Shown here: piece after piece, positions 10,447 to 23,000 of the stretch
Layout: every line of letters starts with the position of its first letter
Position numbering within the stretch: position 1 is the stretch's first letter
Origin: Orbicella franksi
Lineage: Eukaryota
Length of the DNA: 64,000 nucleotides
Direction: 5' to 3'
Assembly: GCA_964199315.1 (NCBI GenBank)
Contig: OZ116711.1
Span: forward strand, 7,378,001 to 7,442,000
Position numbers and translations under genes: made by a program
Notes under the pieces: model-generated
The model's input: only the letters and a program-made list of their open reading frames with translations
Databases searched by the model: none
Told to the model about the DNA's origin: nothing

Positions 10447-11489
10447 GGGTCGTTACACGACGCGGTAACTAGAACCTGTGACTACCCAAGAGCCACCTTA
10501 TGCTAGAATGTCAAAAATTAACTTAAACACAGTGACAAGCTGAGTCACGTACAGCTTAACTGAAAAATATGTAGCCAAACTTCGGAAGAGACTCGTTAGA
10601 GATGTAAAGCATATTTGTATATGAAAAATGGGCGATACAGATGCATATATCATATCATATATCAAAGATTTTCAATTTCTTTGGAAGGATGGTTTATTTT
10701 GAAGGTTCGATTTCCGCCTTACTCTCGTTTCCGGTCCCCAGGCGTCCTCCCCGAGAAGAGGAAGGAGCGGCGGCGTTTCTCTCCCTTATCACCCGTCTCA
10801 GTCTTCCTCAATTTTAGGTATTCTTTTGTCTTTCTGGTTTATTGTTATCTCCTTGGTGTTCTTATACATTTGTCGTTTTGCACGACTTCCTTCGATATGA
10901 TAACATAATATTACTGTTTATACCATGCCATAGAAAATACAGCCAATCAGAGTACAGGAAAGCCGTTGTACATTCGTCACTTGCATTTGTACACCGAGGA
11001 AAATGCAAGTGACTGGTGGGATATTCCACGGTATACCAGTAATATATATTATGACAAACCTCTCGATATCGTGTGTAAGAACTGAGTGAACGGTACGCGG
11101 CAAACAGAGCAGCTGATGCCAGCTACTGAATGACGATGACATGGCAAGAACTAATCCAGTAATTGTTTTCAAAGGCTATAGATCATTTAGGGCTTAACTT
11201 TGCAGCGTTTGTAGCTTTTATTCATCTACGTTACCAATTAACGTGAAGAAAACATGGCGGCGAGCGTATCATGTAAACCTATAGCTAAGACCAAACATTT
11301 CGTATTCGAACAAGTAGAGGAAATATTAAACATTAAGTTTAAATTATGTTTTTCAATAAAAGAAGTTCAATATATTATCCGGTTCAGTTGACCGCCATCC
11401 TGAGTGGACTCGACTTTTGGCCCCTTACAGCCCCTTCCCCGTCTCGCCACCCGTGAACCGTGAATACAATGTGACTGCACTTACCTGGC

Positions 11490-11690
11490 TTAATCCCTTC
11501 ACCAACATAGCGTTAGGTCTGTCATCATGACACCTTTTCATCCGGTTCTGTCTTGTGCTTCTCTCTCAAAACTTCTCAACCTGTCGCCAGCTAGGTCTAC
11601 CACTCTCATCTCTCTTTCCACCCTCCTTTGTCAGCTGTTCACGGGCCGCCCTCCCTTCTGTTTCCTCTGCGGGTTCATCTCCAGGCGAGT
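11490..11690 (-). mobile_element. Degenerate 3' fragment of an RTE-type non-LTR retrotransposon
   Basis: Minus strand reads NPQRKQKGGRPVNS*QRRVEREMR...REAQDRTG*KGV, resembling the RTE ORF C-terminus (GKRxRGRP..TW.R..E.E....AQDR..W) with W codons mutated to stops. Confidence 0.7.
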
Positions 11691-13895
11691 AGTTTGGCTT
11701 ACAACGACTGTGCCCTCACCAACTCTAGCATCCACATGCATGGGCGGTACCTTCCATTATAAACTATAAATACTATGCACTATGAGTGGGGTGTCGCTGG
11801 AAGAGTATGGTTTGAGCTGTTTCAGTCCAAACCTATAAACAGAAAGATAAATAGTCAAAAAAGAGTTTTCCCAAAACGCAATGGAACCTGATCCCAAAAC
11901 CCGAAACGTAAATCGGAAAAACACAACTCATGCCTACGATAAATGTGAAAATGTCAACTTGATTCGATTTGTCGGGCCGATTTGACTACTGTTTGTTGTC
12001 ATCATTCGGTGTAGGACAAATGCTTGCGTTTAGAAGAATTATCAATAACAAAATAGATGATAAACATACGGCTATACCAAGACGATTGAACCCGTTGATA
12101 ATGTCTTATCCGTTCTGTCTTGCAAGTGACTGTTATCAACGATTCTTTACAACAGAACTGGGCTATTTTGAGAGAATTTTATTGCTTTTCTGCCCGAGCT
12201 AGATTAAAACGAACCAAAATCATGCACTCAATAAACGGCTTACGTGTAATTTACCTTTTAATGAAGCCTGTTTGCGTTCTGTCCTTCTTCAATGAGTAAT
12301 TTTTTAAGACGTTCAAACTAGAGACTGGAGAGTAGAACAAGACGCGCATGGTGTAGCAGCCGCGTTTTTGGCGCGAAAACACAACAAACCCAGGGAACCC
12401 CCTCCAGGGCTAACGTGGTTTTTCAAAATGGCGGCTCGTTGCTAGATCTACAGTCCAACACATACTTCATTAATACGATTAGATGTATTTTCGCAATCGT
12501 TTGTTTGAGTACAGCCAGCAATTATGCGCAGGGCTTTTTTCTTTCCAAATTGTAATTTAGTAATAATGTTTGCCTCATTGCGAGCTGGTCTGCGAAAAGT
12601 TTCTGGAGGAAACTTTGACAAAAACTGAACCGTGTATATTTTGAGGCCAAAAATGTATTCTTGCAAGAGGCCGCACTGGTTCAGCGGGAGAACTTGAGAA
12701 AACTATCTGAACGTGAAATAATTTTTTTTAGAAATAATACAGATCAATTCCGCCAAACTATTAATGCTTGATGAAAACGAAACGCGTAGACGTAAAACGT
12801 ACGTTTTGATGTCGTAAAACCAAAACACATACCAATTAAAACTACTCAGCCATTCTCGCACCGTAGCAAAACCAAAACCAAAGTAATTGCCTGATTACTT
12901 TAGACCCTCAATTGAAAACCGCTGTAACTATCGTCTTAGAACTTATCTCCCAATTCTAGCCAAATATTTCGTCACGTGACGTGGTTAGACCAATGGCGAG
13001 TTAGAAAAAGATATGTTATGGGTTATAATGACGTCTATCGGGATAAACGACTGGACATTGTAGTAGCTCTAGCTACAGCTTATAATTGGCCGAGGCAAAT
13101 TTGGTTTTGTTCAGTAACACTTCTCCCCAAAAAACGAACAAATGGATAATTCTCTTGTTCAGTAATAGTTTTGGGTTTGTGGAATGGACCAGAACTAGAC
13201 AGTAGTTGTAATTTGCAGCCGTTGTTTGCAGTGGTATGGAAAATGCGTTATCATAAGCCGATAAAGAAGGGGGAGGGGGAGAGGACTGCATCTCCCTTTT
13301 CTTCCTAAATTTTAGTTGTAACCAACATCTTTCAAATTTCTAAATCCGCAGCCCCTGCCTTGGTAACCCCAAACGGCGGTTGCAAAAAATACTTGGAGGC
13401 GGGGGAGGGGAAGAGTTGTGGTGGTACAAAAGCACTAAAAAGCAAGGCTGATATTATCTATATTCCTTTATTCCAGAGAGAACAACAATCTGTCCAGCTT
13501 AAATCAAGGATTTAAAACCGGAGAGTCGGAAGCTAAGCTTACATTATTAAATTTCATTATTTACAAGCAATATAAACTTCGCAGTCATTAAACAATGGTC
13601 GAAGCATACGACCAGGTCGGACCACTCGACCAATAAGAAAACACGAGCAGATCCACACTGCTCGACAACGATGGGTTCCTATCGTGACGTTTCGTGACAA
13701 CCATTGCCTGGATTGTCACGCAATGCGCCAGAAAGCGTAACGTGACGCAGTAGACCATTGCTGCCAGAATCTCAGTTGAACGTTCCTTAAAACAGGAACA
13801 AAACTCAATATCGTCAACGATTGTCTTGTGTTTACAATAATTTGTACAACTCGACGCAGTCTATTTGGAAGTCATACTTCTATTTCGTTTCTTTA

Positions 13896-14050
13896 TCAAT
13901 GTCTTTGCACTTGATGGACTGATGGGTCCGGTGAAGACATTGATCTTAGTCTCTCGGCGTCAATCAACAAGTCAAAATTTTCTACAGTAGTTTCCACATA
14001 TCCAACGATTCCTCTTATTGAACCTCTAAGTGGACCTACAATTTGCACAC
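13896..14050 (-). CDS. aGPCR terminal coding exon
   Basis: TTTCAG|GT in phase 1; GVQIVGPLRG...HQVQRH*. Confidence 0.75.
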
Positions 14051-17000
14051 CTGAAATAAAGAGCAACATGCAATCAATGCTTGTAAAACAATAAACTCGA
14101 CTAATTTTCACATTGGAAAAATTGGAATTGCGTCCAGAAAATAAAGCCTCTGGAACCATTTGGAAGTTTCTTTCGAAATTTCCAACGATGGCTCTGTCAA
14201 TTTTCAAGGGAGTCCCCCAAGGGGACAAGGTACAAAGAGGACACTTTCTTCGCAAGTTCATGGGAAAGATTATGGGTTTAATGCTGTACAAGGTGGTTAA
14301 AACTTTCGATGATGTCTAAGTAAATGTGTGACCATTCATATGAAAGCAATTGAATTATACTTTCATGTAATTTGGTTCTAGCTTTGAAGTCTGCGAATGA
14401 AACACTAGTGTGTGACCATTCAAATGAAAGCTATTGAGAAGTACTTTTATGTGGTATTGTTTATTATGCTGTACAAGGTGGTTCTAACTTTGAAGTCTGT
14501 GAATGAAACACTAGTGTGTGACCATTCAAATGAAAGCTATTGAGAAGTACTTTTATGTGGTATTGTTTATTATGCTGTACAAGGTGGGTCTAACTTTGAA
14601 GTCTGTGAATGAAACCCTAGTGTGTGACCATTCAAATGAAAGCTATTGAGAAGTACTTACATGTGGTACTATGCTCTACATGTTGGTTCTATTAAGTCTG
14701 CATATGAATCTCAAGTGTGTGGCCATTGAAATGAAAGCTATCGAGGAGTACTTGCAAGTGGCGGTACTGCTTATTATGCTGTAAAACGTCTAACTTTTGA
14801 GATCGTCGAGCATGAAACCCTAGCGTGTGATTCCTTGTGTGAAAGCTATTGAGTAGCACTTACAGGTTTCAATACGTTACAAAACAGAAGTCTCGAGCTT
14901 TTGTTTTTTCTTTGATCTGATGAAATTCAAACTTACCAAGGTTGTCAAATGGGAGACCAAGATGCTTCTTTATCGTGGGTGTTTGAGCCTCTGAGCTCAG
15001 CGATTCGCATGAAGTCTGATCACTGCATACGCTAAAATCTGCGCTAAACCGTGTATCATCAGCTAATGAACAAGCAGATTTAGTTCTTCTCAGAGACGAG
15101 CCCTTATTGGTCGGTCTCTGGACCTCGGGAGTGTGTGAAACGGTTCTTTTCAGAGTCTCTTTGACGGGCACACATTCGCGTGACCAGTTAAGAGCGCCAG
15201 CCGAACGCAGTCCATTGATGCGTGGTACCCGTAAAGCCTTTGGCGTCGGCTTCGCAGAATTCACCGTGACTTCAGAGCCGCGGACGCTCGGGTCTCGAGA
15301 TTGCCTGACAGTGATTGCGTGAGACCTGAGACTTGGTGACCTGGACGCAGAACCATATGACATTCCAGCAGAAAGTTCGTCCATAGATTCGTTGACTTCT
15401 ACTGCCTGGCTTCCGCTCAGCTCATAGACGCTTGGTTCAATCGATACAGTAGGCATCTGCGGTCGGTCGTCTTCGTAAACGATGTTGCTATGGTAATGAC
15501 AATTATTCGTGCCACCTTTTTCCCGAACCACATCCGGGACACTACTCACTTTACGTAACGGCATTTGAAGCACCTGAAATAACACAGAAAAGTGATTATG
15601 TTAGAAGTGTGATGGCCATCTAATAATGCTTCCATTGAGTTCAGCCTCAAAATACCTAAAAATACTTGAAATGTGAAAATACTCAAATCGCTACTGACCC
15701 TTTGAGGTTAGATCGAAACACTTGCAAAGACGAGCCCAAAGTGTTGGAGTGAACAGAAAAGATAGTAGTGACCCTAATTAGCCTTTTATATGAGGTTATT
15801 CTAAGGCGGGGGTTAACATAAAGGCCGTATTTTTGCTGGGTATTATGGTTTGAATGCAAATATCTCGTTCACGTTCCAAGCAGGGAAAAATCTCCCTGCT
15901 CATTTCACGTAGCTACGTTTTGGGCTGTTTTGTAAATTTTTTGGGGATTTTTGGGTATATTTGGGGATAAATAGTTTTTCTCAAAGGATTAGTAAAATTT
16001 ATCGAAATATGAAATTTTGAAGATTTGATGCTGTTTTAAAATTAGAATTTGAAGTTAGAAATTGGTAGACGTACATCAAACAGTTTCCCACCAATCCGGG
16101 GAGCCCTTTTGGGGGCAATCAACTGTCTGGTGGTGTTCCAAACCCCTTTTCTTCCTTTTAATCCCTCTTTAAACTTCCTAAAATTTCACTTAAATTCATG
16201 TTTACCCCCGCCTTGAGCGATCTATTGCATGGCCGAAAAACATCTAGATAACAAAATAAAATACATCATACAAAAGGTTAATAGTTTGCTACCAGGGTAA
16301 CACAAGCTAGACGCGAGGAGAGCGCACAGGAAATGTGTGTGCGGGGATAAAACTTACTCCTACGCGCGCCCAAATCTCGCGTGACCTATGCTACGAAAAG
16401 AACTTCTGGGACGATATCAGCAAACTAACAACAGAAACCCTGACAAAGAGGGACTCACTTGAGAAAGAGCGGTGTTGCTCCTGGCCCTCATAGCATCAAG
16501 CTGTACCCTGCTGGCTGATGACAACCGCCTGCGGTCGTAGGAGTCCGTGAACAGCGACTTCGACTTCTTGAGACTGCGTAGATTACATGTCAACAGAGCC
16601 CACCAACACTCACGGACTTTCTTCTGGATCACGCAATAAAACACGAAGATTGCAAAGCCTTGAAGGCTGTTGAAGATAGCGAAGAGATACTGGAACACGA
16701 GACGAGCTTCACTTATGGCAAAGAAACCAAACATCCACGTGATGCCGACCAGAATGAGAATTCCAAACGCTCTTTTGATTTTAAGCAGCCCTTCGGAGCC
16801 ACGTTCTGGGTCAGCGGCGTTTGGCGGGCGCGTCGCCAGTTTGTACATGATTAACGAGAACGTGACCGTGTTAATGAGAATAACAAGCAAAACAGGCGCC
16901 ATGAACGCCGCAAAGAACGCTATGTCTCCAAGACGACAACTGAAAAAAATGATACCAAAACGTGTTAATTCACGTTACTAAACACTGTAGCTATTCACTA

Positions 17001-20000
17001 TGTGCGAGCGTCGCTGTCTTAAAGTAGGCTCATGAAGTTAAGCAAGAATGCAGTCTTTTCTAGCAAAACTAATAGCGCACCATAATATATTTTCAAGTGC
17101 AATTTGGACAAAATAAGCGAATTTTTTTCATTAACTTCTAAGAAAAAATTGTGCTTCTGAAACCTGTGGTACTAAACTGCTCATTCATTTCAATTGCACG
17201 ATTAAAAACAATTTAGTAATCACTACAGCTACAAAGGTAAAGAGCAATAATTATCCTGGAAACCTTTCTAAGACCCTAATACTCGGGTTCTACTAAATTT
17301 ATTTTAGCGAACGTCGGTAAAGTCCAGAATTCCCGATAGCGTTAAAATACAGCTTCAAACATTTCTTTTAAAAAAGATTCCTTTAAATAGCGGGGTACAC
17401 CAGGTTTAGGTTCTTCTGATTACACTTACTAGTGTTTTCCACCATAACTACTTTTATCCACAGCAAGAGTGACAATTACAACGATGAAAGGCATACCTGA
17501 GTAAAAAAACAAGAAAAAGAAACTGTTATTTCAGAAGCCTCTACTCAATGAAGTGATAAAGGAGCTACCCACGGTTTGTGCATCTTCAAAAGTTTAGCCT
17601 AAATTTTTTAAGTTCGTCGTTTGTAATCAGTGTTAATCTTCTCCATACTTAACCATCCTTGTTCTTCTATGGGTTATTATTTTCTCTTTCAGTTGGTGTT
17701 TTTCTACCTTAGTAAACTACTATTTTCAGGTTTCCTCCAATAAAGGTAATTTTGTACGTGGACGAAATACCAGCAATACGTGACTGAGCTCCTTTAAGTT
17801 AAGATAGTTCTCGAATGACCAGCAGCAGTCACTGTCGATGCCAGTTACTACAGAGTGTTGTAAAAGTTAAACCAACAACAAAGTAATCACTCTGGCCAAT
17901 CACAGAGGACTCAGACAATCAAGTTGACCAATCAAAAATCGAAGGAAATACATGTAGCCGACAAAAAGCGCGGGAAAATGTCTGAGTCTAAGTGACGGAT
18001 GGTTTTGGTTGGTTGATTAAGTGGCGTGAGTTTTTTCAAACCAATCACCACTCGTAGTGAAAAGCAATCTAAAATGTTGCTCATACCAACTATATCGATG
18101 ACATGTACAAAAGACTCACCCCAACCCATTGCGGCACACTTCCACATGACGTAATCACCATAATCTCTGAACACTTTAACAAATGCTTGGTACATGAAGT
18201 AAGCCTCGATCAACATCCACAAAAACGCGACCAGTAGGAAATAATGAATGAGCGCTGCCACGATTCGGCATGCGTTCTCAGACACCCCACCCCTCTCCAC
18301 CCCTGCGACAAACACAATCAGCACACACAGAAGCGAGGCACACAGGTGTAACAGAATCTTGGCTGCAATCTGATCCTTTCGAAGCTTTCTGTGGTTATAT
18401 AAAAGAAAACAAACCACTATTAGAGCCAAATACAAACAAATGTCTATGAACATGTGAGGTTAGTGTAGTATATATTTGTTCTTTGATAAATATGACTTTG
18501 GATTGCCACGAAAATGGATATGTGAGGAAAAGTGAAAACTCTCTTTCAATCAGATGACTTCGGAACAGGCTTCAGTTTTCACGCTTCTATTCAATAATAC
18601 ATTTAAATGGAATTAGAATTAGAATACTTTGGTTTTTAGTTAAATCAGCCTTAACTGCCTACATTGCAACATAATAGAATTAGAACCCCTTGAATAAAAT
18701 AGTAAACAGCTCCGCAACAGCTTTCATTTGAATGGCCCCACACTAAGGTTTCATCTACAGACTTATACGTTAGAACCAACTAGTTCCGGATAATAAAGAG
18801 TTCCAGATGAAAGTGCTGTTCAATAGCTTTCGTTTGAATGGTCACACGCTTGGTTTTTATACACAGACTAAAGTTGGAACCAACTTGTACACCATAATTA
18901 GCAATACCACATGAACTGCTCAATAGCTTTTGTTTGAGTGATCACACGTAGGTTTCAAACACAGACTCAAATATCAGCCCAGCTCAAGGTTTAAATCTGA
19001 AATTGAAAAGGGTTAAAGAGAGCCTTACTTGAAAAATCCAAAAGTGAAAATGGTCAGCGTTAGTCCCAAAATAGACAGTGCGCAGCCTATGTAGCTAATG
19101 AGTGACAACACCATGGAATGTTTACCACACGCCTTGGTTGAAGGACCATCGACATCCTGTAAACAAGAACAGAAGCCGCTATGTTAGAGATTATTTAATT
19201 ATGTTTAAAGGAGCTCAGTCACGGTGTCTTGCGTTGTTTTGGCCCCGTACAAAATCTCCTTCAGTTGGACGGAAACCTGAAAATGGTAGTTTACTAATAT
19301 AAAATAGAAAATCACCAAAGAGATAATGACAAACCATTTAGGAACAAGGATTGTCAAGGATGGCGAGGATTGAAACGGATTACAAGCGACGAACTTGAAA
19401 GATTTAGCACAGACATTACTTAGCTCCTTTAAGAGCTGTAGCTGAATCCAAACAGGAATTCAAGAGAAAACGAGGACGTTCAATGGACCAAGACCTAAAA
19501 ACTTGGGTTCAAATTGAATTATCAGCCAAAGCGTTTTGCTTCTAGCGTTTGCTTTGACTGTCCTTCTTCTTTCAGGATCGCAATGAGTGAAGGAACCTTC
19601 AACATTCCCTATGCCTCAAAAGGCGTGTCTGTGCGAGCGAGGGGTTGGGTGGGTGAGGGAAGTTACGTCACAGTAAGTTAACTAGTGAATACTCACCACT
19701 AAAGCTGCAAAGTTGGTCATGTGATCACACTCGCAAATAATCGTGTCATTAACTATGCCGCGAAGAGAACAACCAGCCTTGGACCATCCATCTGGATTTA
19801 AAAAACAATACAAAATGCACAAATATCAGATTAGCTTGTAAAGGAGTGCTGTAACGAGGAGTGTTTTATCAAGAGACTCGGGGAGATTATGAGATCATAG
19901 TCTCTTAGTTTTACGAAAAAGATTTTTCTCGCAAAGTATGACCTTGAATAAACCAGAACATCTTCAAACTTAAAGCCAAACCGATCTCTGGATACGACAA

Positions 20001-23000
20001 AAAGAAGCAACAGAATGATCGCACTTACTCTTTTCGAAATCCCACCACACACATCTTGTGCTGTTTTCGATGATCTGTTTAGCAAAGGAACACACAAGTT
20101 ACTAAGGTGCTCTAGCAGAGTTTTTTTTTAAAAAAAGCAATAGGTCTTACCGTCGAGTAAATCATTAAACGCACGATGTCACGTAAAGTCACGCTATGTT
20201 ACACTACGTTACGTCGTAAGAAGGACGTTTCGTAATTCGTCCCAATTTCTTTTATTAATTTTTCATTTAACGCTTTAATGTTAGTTCTAGTGCATTTGCA
20301 TTGCCGCCCGTACGCTTTCCCGCCAAGATGACCCCGGTTCACACGCGCGTATTCTCACAACAATTACCATGGTTTTCCCGCCAAAATGACCCTGGTTCAC
20401 TCGTGCGTATTTACCACGTTTGCCGCCAAAATGACCAGGGTTTACATGCGTGTACACTGACAATGGCTTCCAGGTTTCTCCCGCCAAAATGACAGCAGTC
20501 GTTCTCACCCTTTGTAACTCACCTGGTCACGAGGCATTTGGAACTTGATAATAATGGGCGAGGAGAGGTTTGCCACGTGTCTTTTCCTCAAACTTGCAGC
20601 GAGCACTGGACTGCTCTCTGTGACAACATCACCACTGGAGTTTTCCATTGTATAACGCGAAGAAGGAGGCGACCGTTCCACTTTGGAGACCTTTTCTGTA
20701 GTAAAGCTATCCTCACAGACCTCAGTTCTGCGATATTCCGGCGCAAAAAGAACGCTTGTGCGATAGTAAACAACAATTAACGTAGTGTTATCGGTGGAGT
20801 TTAGAACCGACCTGGGTATTGTCACACTTGCTTCGTCTTCGCCGCTTGTGGAATTCACGGTCGCGTTAATAGCGATTTTGTCCTTGCTCGTTTGAACAGT
20901 CAGATGAATACCCCTGAAAGAGTCTTTAACTAACTCTCTGTGAACAGCAATGTTCGAGGTACTTTTGCTGAACTCTCCACCTTTCTCGATATAATCGTCA
21001 AGAATCTTGACAAATCTGGAAGGGGACAACAAAGAAATTTTTAATTGTTTTTTTAGGTATTGAAAATAGCAACATTTAAAACCTCTGCTTGATATCTTTC
21101 ATTTGAATGGTCACACACTAGGGTTTCCAGACTTAAAATTTGGAACCACCTTGCACAGCATAATAAACAGAACCACATAAAAGGAATACTCAATACGGCT
21201 TTCATTTCAACAGTCGCACACTAGGGTTTCAGACTTAAAAGTTATAACCACCTTGTATATCATAATAAACAGCACCACATGAAAGTACTGCTCAATAGCT
21301 TTCATTTGAATGGTCATGGATGTTAGCATCACAACACGTTCCCACTTCTTCAATTCTCGGGCATGATTTGTTGATATAAAAACGCTTTTAAATACTTACT
21401 TAGCGGATGTGTTGTACTGTTTTTGCGTTTTCTGCAGGACATCAGTCTTAGCGTCCATCACGTGACTAATGGTGTCTAACACGTGATCACCAACATCAGA
21501 TGACGTGGTGTTTGTCTTGACCACCTTGTGAAGAATGTGTGCTGTAATGGAGATATCCTTCTCTTGCAGTTCCGAAGATTTCGATGTAATATTTTTTACT
21601 TCTTTCATAACTTTAAGTGCATTGGTATCCGTTACTGGGACCTAGGAAAGATGAACAACAAGGGCGATTTATTGTGTTTATTTTACTTTTGTAAAGGTCT
21701 TAGAACAGATCTGGACAGGCGCTATACAAATATCTATTATCATCATTATCATCATCATCATTATCATTATCATTATCATTATTAATTACATCAGTTGCGT
21801 GACAGGTTTTTGTCCTTGTCATGCAATCTTTAGCCGGACGAAAACTGCGTGACGTGCACAAAGGAGGTCTAAATTGCTTTCATTTAATCGGTAAATATTC
21901 TTTCGCTTACCCTGTTGAGTTTCTCCAAAGCACGCGTTATTTCCGATCCTTGGTTAGTTTCCTCTGGAAAAGAAAAAAAAAAGATCACAATACTATTCAT
22001 CAAAAGCTCTGCAAAGAGTAAAAAAAACCATATGTCTACAGACCAATCCAAAACCACTCTACTAAGCCCCTCTTTTCCAAAAATAACGCAATTTTGTAAC
22101 AGCCTTAAAGCTTCAATGTAACATTTGCAATAAAGATTAACATAAAACAAACAAAACTTGATCAAACTGGCTTTGGAGTTAATACATTGAGAATCGTCTG
22201 TGTCAAGGCCAATTTCATTAACTCTTACGTTTGCACACAGCAAGCATAAGGAAAATTCTTCCCCACCCAAAAGGACCTACAGAGCTTTATTAATATAGCT
22301 ATGTCACGTTTTGCGCATCTTAAAAAATTTCGCCTAAATATTTCAAGTTCGTCGTTTGTAATCCGTATTAATCTTCTCCATCCTTTATCATCCTTGTTTC
22401 TTTATGGTCTATTATTATCTCTTTGGTGATTTTCTATCTTAGTAAACTCAGATTTTCAGGTTTCCTTCAATTTAAAGTTAATTTTGTACGTGGCCAAAAT
22501 AACTCAAAATACCGTGACTGAGCTCCTTTATGGAGCATCACCAATAGAGCATACAAGTTTTAGTAGACTCGGGTCTTTACCGTGCTTTAGAAGAGATCTT
22601 AAAGCAAAGAGCAGGAAGTCTAACGTTTTTATCGAATACAGTGTTTACTAGGAAAAAACGACGCAATTTTTCCTAACCTAAGAGGTATTTATTTGAGAGA
22701 AGACGTTTTCAATAAAACATTGAAATGTAGTTAGTCTCAATACCTGATAAATAAGTGAGATTGTTGCTGTAGGGCCCAGGCCCCACTCTTGTGTAAGCCC
22801 TCACACCTACGTAATACTGTTGATTAGTTTCCAGGCCACTAATGTCCTTTGACAGCGTCTTCTCCTCATTCACGTACGTTTCCATCTCGCCATTTGGTTT
22901 GTACAACACGACCTCGTATTTGGTGATTTTTCCATTGCTGTCCTTGGCACTAGGGATGGACCATGACACTCTGATGGTGTTTTTACCACGCGGTATTATG

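Noticed and set aside
10918-11172. 84-aa minus-strand ORF
   Set aside because: No recognisable domain or splice-consistent partners; overlaps repeat-like sequence.
11478-11492. ACTTACCTGGC resembling the U1 snRNA 5' end
   Set aside because: No downstream U1 stem-loops or Sm site; it lies at the tail of the RTE remnant.
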